Below, piece by piece: positions 23,996 through 34,260 of a stretch of DNA of 34,260 nt. Made by a program: the position numbers and the translations under genes. The stretch's first letter is position 1, and each line of letters starts with the position of its first letter. This DNA comes from Callorhinchus milii (taxonomy: Eukaryota). The DNA lies in assembly GCF_018977255.1 (NCBI RefSeq), contig NW_024705567.1, positions 1 to 34,260 of the forward strand, read 5' to 3'. Below the pieces are notes generated by a model. The model saw nothing but the letters and a program-made list of their open reading frames with translations, had not been told where the DNA came from and did no database searches.

Positions 23996-24292
23996 TCTAG
24001 ATTTGAAGCTTTCGTGACTGCAAGGATTCATACTCTTAGTTCTTTCGGTAAAGTCACGTAGGTAAAAAATGAAATTCAAATTAATACAAATTAACAAAAA
24101 TAAAACAATAAAATCACGACGTTTCGGAGGCAACACAAGCTTCCGTCTTCCCAGAACAAAAATTCCCAGAACAAGGATGCCAAACGTAAGACGGAAGCTT
24201 GTGTTGCCTCCGAAACGTCGTGATTTTTATTTTTATTTTTATTAATTTTAATTTCATTTTTACCTACGTGACTTTACCGAAAGAACTAAGAG
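23996..24292 (-). mobile_element. PLE foldback insertion with locally templated spacer
   Basis: 12-bp TSD tactaacgagat (23984-23995, 24293-24304); arms contain stem II ggaagc ttgtgtt gcctcc. Confidence 0.9.
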
Positions 24293-24823
24293 TACTAACG
24301 AGATGGTAAGAATGAAACGTAGATTTGTAGCCATGAATTCCAGTGCGTGGGGTGGGATGGTGTGAGTGAGTCAGTAGCCACAGGTTACTGATCATTATTA
24401 TTGCAACGAATCTAATCTCAGTCTCTTGAGTTTTGTTATCACGTGAAGCAAAATAAAAAGTGAAACATGAATCACTAATCCCTCACAAATGAAGTACTAA
24501 AATAATAATAATCTAAGTTATCCGGCAAAAGAATCAAACCAAATTCCCAGAACAACCATGCCAAACGTAAAACTTGCTCAAGCTCCAAGTTCAAACAAAA
24601 ACTATTTATTGCACGTATCCAAATCCCATTTTCCATATGATTTGAGGGCAAGAAACTGCCATTTCCTGGTGGAATGTTCACACGATCAGTGACAAACTTA
24701 AAGGCGCACGCATTTGTGGATTTTTCTGCAACTGCTCTCGACTCCTCCGTTGAGTCGCTACCACTCAGTAAAAAACATTCACTCCACATGAGGTTACGAA
24801 CAGAGGCTTCTTCCACACCCATT

Positions 24824-24871
24824 CAATGCCTGAAGAAGCTGCCGGCGCGTGGAGCGAAACGTCAGACATTG
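24824..24871 (+). ncRNA. Minimal hammerhead motif at a PLE-type 3' end (third family)
   Basis: CTGAAGA a gct gccggcgcgtgg agc GAAAC GTC agacattg, followed by tgacacggtacagcccgaaa; stem I imperfect. Confidence 0.6.
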
Positions 24872-25188
24872 CGTCGAACATGACACGGTACAGCCCGAAA
24901 GTCATACCAAGGTCAATTGGGTCGCAGGTTTTTTTTTGTGCCATTTAAAAAGAAAAACACCACGTGGCCACCACGCAATGCAGAGTTTTGCACGCTAGCC
25001 AAGTCAAGCATCGTGAGCCGTAAGAATCGCTTTTCCTCGGTGAATCGATGGATCCTCGCGCAGCGACCAAGCATGATGCAAGCGAAGGGCAGCTAAAAAA
25101 AACAACCGCGGTGACGATATCATTTCTTCGGCTGCGTCGGGTCAGCGGAGGGTCACACGACAAACCAAAACAAAATACTCGCGTGTAC

Positions 25189-25340
25189 CTGACGGGCCGC
25201 CCCTCCCGGCCGTCGTAGAGCGAGAAGTAGAGGTCTACATCCTCGCCGTAGATGTTGTAGCCAAAGCTCTTGAGGCTCAGGTGCAGGTGGTGCGGGAGGG
25301 GCGGCCGAGCGAGCTGCTCGGAGCGCGAGCGGCCCTCGCT
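25189..25340 (-). CDS. DOCK3: Internal coding exon of a DOCK3-like (DOCK3/4 subfamily) dedicator of cytokinesis gene, region N-terminal to DHR-1: SEGRSRSEQLARPPLPHHLHLSLKSFGYNIYGEDVDLYFSLYDGREGRPV(S)
   Basis: Minus strand has pyrimidine-rich acceptor ctgtctccaaccccacag| and donor CAG|gtacac; 152 nt, phase 0 to phase 2. The peptide matches my recollection of vertebrate DOCK3 (PVPHHFFLSLKSFTYNTIGEDTDVFFSLYDMREGKQIS). Very high GC3. Confidence 0.93.
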
Positions 25341-26881
25341 CTGTGGGGTTGGAGACAGCAGCGCCGTGAGCAGAGCAGGCACTGGAGAGGAGGGGGGAGG
25401 AGAGGCCCCAGAGACACTCAGCAGACAACAGCGCACACACGCACGCAAGTACGCACCACGCACGCCAAGTACGCACGCACGCACGCAAAGAGCACCTGCA
25501 GCACAATGTGCGAGTTCTGGACACCTCAGGTGCAACAACGCTTTGTCCATTAAAGGAGAGGGAGGGGTGGGAGGACGTGATTTATTTCATTAACCGATGC
25601 CAGATGTGAGCAGTGGACATCAGGTGATACATTTCGGCAGAAACGTCGGGTCAGGAAACACGATTTTTTTCTGGCAGCAGTTGATGAATTTTGATCGTAC
25701 CTCCCACCTGCTCCTGAGCGTTGCCGATGGTGATACATTTGTTCTTGTTGCCGTTATATTTTATGATGTAACGCGAGACAAAATCGAGTCCCCCCCCACC
25801 GCCTGAGTGCAATTGGTGGCGCTGTGCAGCACCTGAAATAGCTTGGCTGTGGCCAGCGTTGACGGAAGGGCCTCCCCACGAGAGGGAGCTACAGAGAGCC
25901 TCTCCAGAATCCCATTATTTTGGGCCTACTCTTCCACACCGGCCAGCCGTCTCGGAGGAGGCGATTGGTAGGTATTATCGAATTGAATTTGGCCAAATGC
26001 GTTGAGGACACCGCTTCAGAGGTCAGTCACAGAACTCACAGCACACAGGATTCCAGCACAGAAATAGAAAAAAAAGGAAAGGCTGAAGTGAATTCTGATT
26101 AGACATGCTCTCTCTCTCCAGGGTACCAGCACTTCAACTCTGCGGTCCATTTCATTCCCCCATACAGCAGTGTCAAAACAAAACTTCAATTAAAATCTAA
26201 GCGGTGTCTATTTGATTATGCTCATTATATTAATCATGCCAGCCAGGGGTGCCAAGGAGAGATGGAGGACAACTGTGTACAATGCACCTACAGGGAACCT
26301 GGGCAAACACACATCCTACTGCTTTGATGTTTGATCATGAAAGCTAAGTGATACCTATTCACTTTGATCACAGAGTCAACCGCACTATATGCTCGAGGAT
26401 GCCATTGGGATTCCTGACTTTGCAGTTTTCCGTTTTGATTTGTTCTTTTGATGAATTTGTTATGTATTACAATTTTATCTGGAACTTTTGAAGACACCCC
26501 CCCCCCAACATGTGCCTTATTTGGGGACTCACAAATTTGACCCCTCTTGCGAGTCAATGAACCGTCAAGATTCGAGGGCCTTTGCTAAATTTAAGAACGG
26601 ATTCTTAAAGGTGGCCGAGCGGGCTTAGAGGTCAGAGTGCCGAGTCAGAACGGCCAAGATCCTGGTTTCGAATGCATGCAGCAATAAACCAGCTCCTTAA
26701 ATATACAGAGCTGACGGTCTGAGCCCTTCTCACCAATGATAGCACGAAACAAGTCATATTCAATCTAGTTTTTTACGCTTCATTTAACATTCCAGCTTTG
26801 TGAAATAATCATTTGAGTTTCACTGCCGTGAATGTACACGAGGTGACCAGCGGATGGCAGGTGCTGCGGCAGATTCTTGTA

Positions 26882-27215
26882 CAGGGGACTCCTCTACTTA
26901 CGAACACCCGACTTACGCACTTTCAGAGATACAAACAATCCTGTCCGTATGTCCAGTTGCCTGTTCGGAATCAGATTGTCGCAAGTTCAACCGCCGCGCA
27001 ATAGATGGCGGTGGTGGCATCTACATCTCAGAACGCGAAGAACCAGTGGCATCTACATCGACAGGAGATTATACAACTTTTAAAGCCATTCCCTGTGTTT
27101 AGTGTACATGACGTACAACGTGTTTGGAATCGACAGATGTAAAGTTGACTTACGAACAAATCGACTTACGAACAGACCTCTGGAACCTAACTCATTCGTA
27201 ATAGAGGAGTCCCTG
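26882..27215. mobile_element. Tigger/pogo-like (Tc1-mariner superfamily) MITE
   Basis: TA then CAGGGGACTCCTCTACTTACGAA ... TTCGTAATAGAGGAGTCCCTG; subterminal acttacgaac repeats. Confidence 0.85.
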
Positions 27216-27643
27216 TGTTCTCCTTTTTGTGGCATTTTCAGATGGTGACCCACTTGCAGGTTTTCTCTGGATACCCTCCAATTGTCTCTGACGTACCAAA
27301 CACTCATTAACGGAATTGGGCAACAATCCTAATGCGGCTCCTTCCTGGAAAAGCATCTTGAGACTGCGGATTTCTCGGAGAAAGATAAATATAAATAACA
27401 TATATAAATAATTGATGCAAAAATCAGCATGTTGAAAGGGAGGTGTGGGCCGCCACTACTCAACACGCTGCTGCCGTGACCCTCACCAGGACAAGCGGAC
27501 TGAGAAACGAACGAACGGTGCAAAAATCTGCCAATTTCAAACAGTTCTCCCCCCCCCCCAGAGTAGAGGAACAAAGCAAAAAACATGTTTAAATCGAAAG
27601 ATGCGCTGAGTTAAAAATAACCCCCACACACGGCACAGTGGTG

Positions 27644-27879
27644 CAGAGGTCGCAAACGGGTTTTGATTCCTTACCCGTACCCGGCCGCACCAGGGTCGCA
27701 AATGGGTACCCGTACCCGGCCGGGTACGGGTACCCGTTCCCTACCCGTACCCTACCCGAAATGAGTGACAAACGTTACTCACCGGTGACTCACGGCCTAC
27801 CCGTACCCGTACCCGGCTGCGTACGGGTAGCCGGGTATCGGGTAGGGTACGGGTATCGGGTACCCGGTTGCGACCTCTG
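27644..27879. mobile_element. hAT MITE with GGGTAC/GTACCC subterminal repeats (second copy, opposite orientation)
   Basis: TIR CAGAGGTCGCAA / TTGCGACCTCTG; perfect 8-bp TSD cagtggtg (27636-27643, 27880-27887). Confidence 0.92.
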
Positions 27880-29489
27880 CAGTGGTGTAAAATCCCTGAC
27901 GCAACGAATACAATTGTTGGTGCTTCATGGCCGAGATGGAATGTTAATGCACAACATACACATTTGCTCATCCCTTGGGCCATGCGGAGGAAATGAGGTG
28001 GAATTTCTTGGAATTAAACGTTTCGGCCAGTCATTGCAGCAGGCGTTTGGGACGAAAGCAGACTCCGAAAGAGCTTCGGTCATTCGATGTTTCAACGGAG
28101 GTTTGTGAAATCACCGATTCACACCTCCTCCCCACCCTGACCTTGTTAGCGCAGAGTTACAAAAAAAAACCAAAGAAATGAATTCTGTTACAGTGGATCT
28201 TGTGGGAAATGTAAATAATCTTCCCCGTGGTATTGGATAGAATAAAAGCAGAAGAAGTGGTGTAAACGCAGTGCGCATCGGGGAATTTGACACGGTGACT
28301 AATTCAATGTCAAACACCACTCAAACAGACACACATAGTAGAGGATTTTTTGGGTTAGATCGCGTAAATATAGATGCGTCGTTAAAACCGTCGCCACCTG
28401 ACACAGCCAATTAGTGAGCTTTGTCACGTAAACAGAACGTCACAATTAGTTACAAGTTCAGCACACCGCTTGTGTGTTGGAGAGTAAACCCACGACGTTT
28501 ACAATTTGAGTACGACGTTTCGCCCGTGATATCAGGCGACAGCCAGATTTGTGGAGAGACCCTCATGTTTCGCTCTTAAACAGAGGGACAGATGTGATGT
28601 TGTCACTTGTGAGTGAATGAGGTGTGAAGAGAAGAGAGGGGTTAATGTATGCAATTAAATTACAATGTATATCCATTTTCACCCAGAAAACCTCTATTAT
28701 GGAGAATATTGGTCATGAAAGCCTACGTGTTAAACACACACAAACACACCTTGACATTGTTTCATTTTATAAGGATGTGGGCACATTGTTGACACTACGC
28801 TTTTTGTTTATGGATGCTGTGGTGTTTTTCATTCCTCACTATGATGCCATCGTGTTTTAGGCCGTATCAGCATTACAGTTAATATGGCAGATCATTTTTG
28901 TTTTATTTTTTTAGAGATAAAGCATGCTATTTGCTAAAAATCGATATTTAACGTGATATTTATTTTAAAATCTAAATATATTTTTATATCGTCATTATGA
29001 TTTTCTATCATTTTTTTTTATTTCGCTTATCTGCCTTTGTTTATTACTTGATTACTTTTAACCGTGACTTTGCCGCGTATGTCGGAGTAAGCGGCGGTGT
29101 TGTTTTTCTGTTGATGAAACCCGATTTAAGAGCGTCTTGGCAACACGGGGCTCCTTCAAAATAAACAGAAACTGAGCCGACAGAACAGGCAACGTTTATA
29201 AAGATGGAAAAAGCAAAGTGGAAACACAGGAGAAACAAAAACATTTACAAGGAACACATTAGCATGCGTATTGACCAACACACCCACAAAAGGCGACAAC
29301 AATGGCATCATTAATCTTTGAACCTAAAACAAGAAAGACGTGTACCGTGTACCACGTTTGTTCAGCCTCTTGCGATGACTGCAGCAATAATGTCCGGATA
29401 AAGCCATTTATCTGCCGCTGTTAGTGTTGCCGATGTGAAGTGATTACTGCGTGGAGTCATTTGCTGCTTTCGTTATTTAACGTCTCCCC

Positions 29490-29965
29490 CTGTGCGGTGG
29501 CGGCAACTTCCTTCGGGTGAGCGCGGTGAGCAGAGGGAGCCGGGTGAGAGCGCGCGGCGCCTTAAACAACATCCGGAGTGGCCCTCTCGCAACGCGCCAC
29601 CGACCTTCATACAAAGCGAAAATGTAAATGCGCGGCCTCCAAATGGGGGGAAGCTTAAGAGAGCACAACCCCCGGGGGTGTTTTGGCCTACTCTTCCACG
29701 CTGGCCAAACATTTCTGGCCATCCTGGCGGCGGCTTTTGGCTGGGCCATCGAACAAAGACGGGTCGCCGCTTCGCGCGCTTTCAGATGCGTTTCTGCGGC
29801 CGTCAGGAACACTCTCTTCTCTACTGGAGCTAATCACTTTTAATGTAGATTGAAAACACATTCTGTACGGCTGATTTTTGTGTTTAGTTTGTTGTCCTTC
29901 CCCGCGCACCTCCGTTTGGCACGGTTGGCTACGTACGGTGCGAAAAAAGTTCAACATGCGTACAT
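29490..29965 (+). repeat. Interspersed repeat family X, longest copy
   Basis: Contains all blocks seen in the other copies (ggcctactcttccac, gaacaaagacgg, ttcagatgcg, gtacggtgcgaaaaaagttcaacat). Confidence 0.7.
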
Positions 29966-30279
29966 CTTCGAAGAGGTGTGAGTACCTACACTTGACCTGA
30001 CTGCACATGACCTGCCCATCGTCTAACGGTGAAGAATCAGTTTATGTTGCTGGGTGGGCGGAGATGGGAGGTGGAGAAGGCGTATAAAGTTGCAACATGA
30101 TTTCAACTTAGGCGCCGGGAAATGGAATTGGACTGGCAACCACTACTATTACGACTACTATTGTTATTTTATCAGGTAAGGCCCACTAAGCTATATAACT
30201 CTTTTTCAGAAGCAACCTGGCCACAAATGATAGCTCAACGAATTGGCTCATCATGTGGAAATTTACAGCAGTCAAATGC

Positions 30280-30466
30280 TCTAAAGTCATGTTGATTCTA
30301 AATGTGGAGGGAAAAACCGGAGGATCCGGAGAAAAATCCACGTGACCACGGGGTGAGAGACACCGCAAACTCCAAATATACAGCAGTAGGCGACAGGTTT
30401 GATATCGAACCCACGACCTCCTGCATACCAGGCGAGGCAGTTAACATCTCCCCACCGTGGCGCCCA
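30280..30466 (-). mobile_element. V-SINE-like element
   Basis: ggagggaaaaaccggaggatccggagaaaaatccacg..cacggggtgaga..gcaaactcca resembles the antisense V-domain, followed by antisense B box atcgaaccc. Confidence 0.7.
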
Positions 30467-31019
30467 TGGTAGCCTGGCTCATTTTGTATGAGTGTCGTAC
30501 CCAATGGTATTTATCATCCCCCTTCCTACATGTCAAGCACGCACAGGTGCCAACGACTCACCGCATACTCCACGCAAATAATACCTCTTCTCGCTGTGCT
30601 CAGTGAACGGGTAAATGCACCGTGCCGGAGGCGGCCAAATCAAAACTGGCTTCCTCCTCGGCTCTCCAATTTAGAATCTTCGCAGCCCGGGACGGGGATT
30701 ACAAAAGCCCACGCTGGCTGTGCGGAGCGGTGCACAAACGCGCGGCGTCGTTACGCGCGTACAAACCAGCGGCATGGACAGCAGCAGGAAGCGGATCGAC
30801 AGGCAAGCGCGTACGCACGTGCGAGCATTCGCTAAGAGACGCACGCACACACGAACACGCACGCTGGCCCGCTGGGGGGAGGGTCGGGGGGAGGGGTGCT
30901 TTGAGCAGAAATGAGTTTCAGCGCCCTGCAAAAGAGATACAGATGAGAGGCAGCGATGCCGTGAGATGAGAGGATTTTAGGACAGGAGATAGAGGTGCAG
31001 TCAGATGAGATCTTCCATA

Positions 31020-31276
31020 CATCCTCCTCAGGCTGTTGGGAAATTGCCGTTTGCGAGCATTTATCAAGGCTGGCACAGCACAAACGGGACTGGGAAGCCA
31101 GCGTCTCGAGCGGCGATGTTTACTCACCGCACCAGGTACTCGTTTGAGGCCTAATCGACCCAGTGGAGGCCCAGGACAAGTTCAGATAATCTTTACTGGT
31201 GTCGGCCATGAGGGGGAATTTAACTCAGGACGCTGGGTTCATGGCACAGCGTGCTAACCGATACACTACCGCCCCC
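31020..31276 (-). mobile_element. Diverged SINE family 1
   Basis: ggcgatgtttactcaccgcaccaggtactcgtttgaggc..ttcagataat..gcgtgctaaccg. Confidence 0.8.
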
Positions 31277-31475
31277 CATCTGCATCACGTACACGCGCAC
31301 AAACAACGTGGCTACTTGCCCCCATGAATCTCATGATCTGCCAGTAAATGCTGCAGCGATGCAAGTGAACGCTCGCCGTGCACAGGCGTGCAAAGCATGT
31401 GCAGCCACTTGCACTCACACGCACAGATGCACAATCCCCATGCAGCTGTAAACAAACGCACAACAAGAAAATTAC

Positions 31476-31520
31476 GTACCAGGACGGGTTCTGCTGAGTG
31501 CTGTATCTGCTCGATGCATG
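31476..31520 (-). CDS. DOCK3: Small upstream exon of the same DOCK3-like gene: HASSRYSTQQNPS..
   Basis: Acceptor tgctatgcccctacag| at 31521. The peptide resembles recalled DOCK3 HLSSRQSVQQSTSQ, which directly precedes the exon above. Two tandem donors: TG|gtacgt (end 31480, 41 nt) and TAC|gtaatt (end 31476, 45 nt). Confidence 0.8.
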
Positions 31521-32112
31521 CTGTAGGGGCATAGCACAAGAACACACGCGCACACACGCATTCAATCAGAACTTGAGAAAAGACATTTAACATCGACAAT
31601 TTTTTTCCTTTCACAAGTTATTTTTAAGTCGAGTGCTTTGCTGCCGAGTCCTGCGCAGTGCTTTGAGATCATCGATGCGAGACGCTATATGAATATTATA
31701 ACTATTATTAGAAAGCAACACTTTAATTGCATCACAAGATGTCACGTAACAATACATGAAAGCATTTTTTTAAATCACTATTTTGACAATACAGGGATAT
31801 CAGTCTCCAATGTATTTTTGGGTTGCACCGCATGCTGTTTGGCATGATGTCCAACGCTTCGCACCACGTGCTTGCTGAGAGCTTCTTTAAGAAACAAATT
31901 CAGTTTTGGGGACGAAATTTAGTTCCTGACGTAAGTCCAATTTAGCGGTGAATTTTCCTGAATTCTCAAGACACCGCGTGGAACGTGCTCGCTCCAACGC
32001 AAAATCACACCACTGAGAATACCTATGCAGTGTTAATCGTGACAATTGAATAAGCTGATGTTTTCCTTCGATTCGAAATGTTGTGCATTCAAACTTAAAC
32101 AACATTAAAAAC

Positions 32113-32424
32113 AAAGATCCCCCGTATAGCCTTGGCATACTATTGGGGTAAGTGCAGTTAGCGAGCACCTATGAAGGCTGGCACGGCACACGAGGCAGTG
32201 GGTGGCCAGCACCACGCCCGGTCGCCTTTGTCTCCCCAGTGGCGATGTTTGCACACCGCACCAGGTACTAATTTGAGGCTGAGTCGACCTTGGGGAGTCC
32301 CAGGACCGGTTCAGATAATCGTCACTGGTGTTGGCCCTGAGCGGGAACCAAACTCGGGTCGCCAGGTTCGAAACGCGCAGCGCTAGCTGCTACACCACCG
32401 CTAGCTGCTACACCACCGCTCCCC
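32113..32424 (-). mobile_element. Full-length SINE family 1 with an 18-bp tandem duplication in the head
   Basis: Reverse complement of 13948-14238; cgctagctgctacaccac twice at 32381-32416. Confidence 0.9.
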
Positions 32425-33183
32425 AATAACATCACAGGCACACTGGCACGGGTGTATAAAAAGAGACATGCCACAGGCCAAGCCAGCTATAACATCCTTG
32501 CAAAGCAACGCACGAGTGAGTCCTTTTGTGATGAACCCTTTACACACGGACGGATTGGTGGGAAGGCCTTTCTGGTTATTTGGGAAGTCTTGGACATAAT
32601 TAAATAACTGAGCAAACACAAAACTTCAATTGCATTCATGTGTACAACAACTAAGGCATGTAATTGATGCTCATCAACAATGAAACGAAATATTTATTGT
32701 CTGACATTTACAATCTAGTAACAATAACAACGCAGCTCACTCCAGTAGAGTTTAAGCAGAGTCAACATCATGAAACAGAGAAAGCAGATTGTGGAGAGAT
32801 GAAAAAGATCATCTGACGGGCTTGAAGCGTTTGTTTTGCTTATTTGCAAAACAGACGGAAAAAAAATGAGAAAAAAAATGAGGGACGGCACTTCTAGAGC
32901 ACCTGCTACTCAAGCAAATAAATTCCCGAATTCCAGTCAAAAGATGATCAAAGTGCGTGTATACAGCTTAGAATTCGCCTGCCATCACCTCCCACAGCAA
33001 GCTTAATTAGCGTGCGAACAGTGTCTCCTTCCGAATTATTATTTACTTATTCATCCCAATGTCCCCTCTCCCTTGCAGGAAGCCTTCCACAAGCTGGCCC
33101 CAGATCCCGCATAATGCGGGTGCGGCCGTGAGAGGGTTTTACTCCATTACATTATGAGACCTCCTTTGCCAGTAACAAGATAT

Positions 33184-33685
33184 AGTAATAGGTTGTTACC
33201 CTTTTGGCGTCGCGTGCGCCTTTTGGCGTCATCTGGTCCAACACCATGTGAGACTAGGCTCTAAGAAAAGCTGTCTCAGGTGTGGACCAATCAACTTCAA
33301 GCACAGTGCATACATTATCAGAGTTCTTTCGGTAAAGTCACGTAGAAGGGAAGTAATAAAATAATAAAAATAAAACATAATAAAACAATTCTCACGACGT
33401 TTCGGCCACAACGCAAGCAGACGGCTGCTTGCGTTGTGGCCGAAACGTCGTGAGAATTGTTTTATTATGTTTTATTTTTATTATTTTATTACTTCCCTTC
33501 TACGTGACTATACCGAAAGAACCAAGAAGATGAATCCCTGCAGTCACGAAAGCTTTAAATCGAAAATTATCAGAGTTGTCTTTTTGTTTGCATTTTGACC
33601 GCAAGTGTTGTGGTTAATGCAAACATGATCCCTTGTACAAAGGTGTCAGTTTTGTTGCCAGGTAAAAGGGTAAAAACCTATTACT
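33184..33685. mobile_element. MITE with about 22-bp TIRs, interrupted by a PLE foldback
   Basis: agtaataggttgttaccctttt / aaaagggtaaaaacctattact; body homologous to 18010-18241. Confidence 0.8.
33326..33565 (+). mobile_element. PLE foldback insertion nested in the MITE
   Basis: 12-bp TSD attatcagagtt (33314-33325, 33566-33577); near-perfect arms of about 95 bp joined within hammerhead stem II. Confidence 0.92.
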
Positions 33686-34260
33686 GCGGTCTTAATCCAC
33701 TCGGTGTCAAGACACCGCGGACTGAACCGTGGCGAGGAGCGTCGTTGCCAGCCACGGAGCGCGCGCTACAGAGTCCACTCTTCCCTTCGACGACACTTGC
33801 CAACACGCGCAGAGAAAACTGGGACGCTGGGAAATCAATCAAGGGGTCGAGCTTTAAAATAAGAGAAAGAGAGAAAATAAAGACATCCGCTAAACCGCCG
33901 TCTGAATTTAGCGTGCACGCACCCAAAAGCCCGGCGCTTCGAACGAACGGCGCGGGTTTTACAACTGTGGAGGAATGAGCGATGCGCTCAGCGGTGTGCG
34001 TGAGCAGCAAACCCTGCGGTCGTGTCTGTATTTCTGCCGGTCGTATCGTTGACGATTTATTTGCAGGCAGCGAAGCGTGGAGGAGATGCAACTTTCAAGG
34101 CATTTAAGACAAATTACGGTTGCGTTCACCTTGGAGAAAAACAATCTCATTTGTTCGTACAACAAAATAACGTGCAATCAAGACCGGCAAATATCATCTA
34201 ATTATCAACTTAGAAATATCTGCGCCCCCTCCTCCTCCTCCTCCTAACCCCAACCCCCCC

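Noticed and set aside
24945..25550. 201-aa ORF as a complete gene
   Set aside because: Only 25189-25340 is DOCK3-like and splice-bounded; the flanks are intronic (GC/CA)-rich low-complexity read-through.
27638..28108. 156-aa ORF with GYPYPAGYG repeats (also 5337-5705, 5803-6096)
   Set aside because: Translation of MITE subterminal repeats.
33595..34091. 127-aa and 136-aa ORFs in GC-rich DNA (similarly 30488-30969)
   Set aside because: No recognisable homology or splice-bounded coding bias; expected by chance in GC-rich sequence.

Overview
Eukaryotic, repeat-dense, mostly intronic DNA, not a prokaryotic locus. Almost all ORFs in the supplied track are spurious. On the minus strand there are two consecutive spliced exons of a DOCK3-like (DOCK-B family Rac GEF) gene (31476/31480-31520 and 25189-25340), plus one unexplained exon-like segment (12841-12901). 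High GC3, abundant CpG and the repeat inventory suggest a jawless vertebrate such as lamprey; this is inference only. The rest is a nested mosaic of tRNA-derived SINEs, hAT MITEs with 8-bp TSDs, a Tigger/pogo-like MITE, a hAT transposase C-terminal fragment and other repeats. The most striking signal is about 11 short insertions of one Penelope-like (PLE) terminal repeat. Most are foldback palindromes flanked by 11-13 bp TSDs, and several carry minimal type I hammerhead ribozyme motifs whose stem II covaries between copies. At least two other hammerhead-bearing families are also present.
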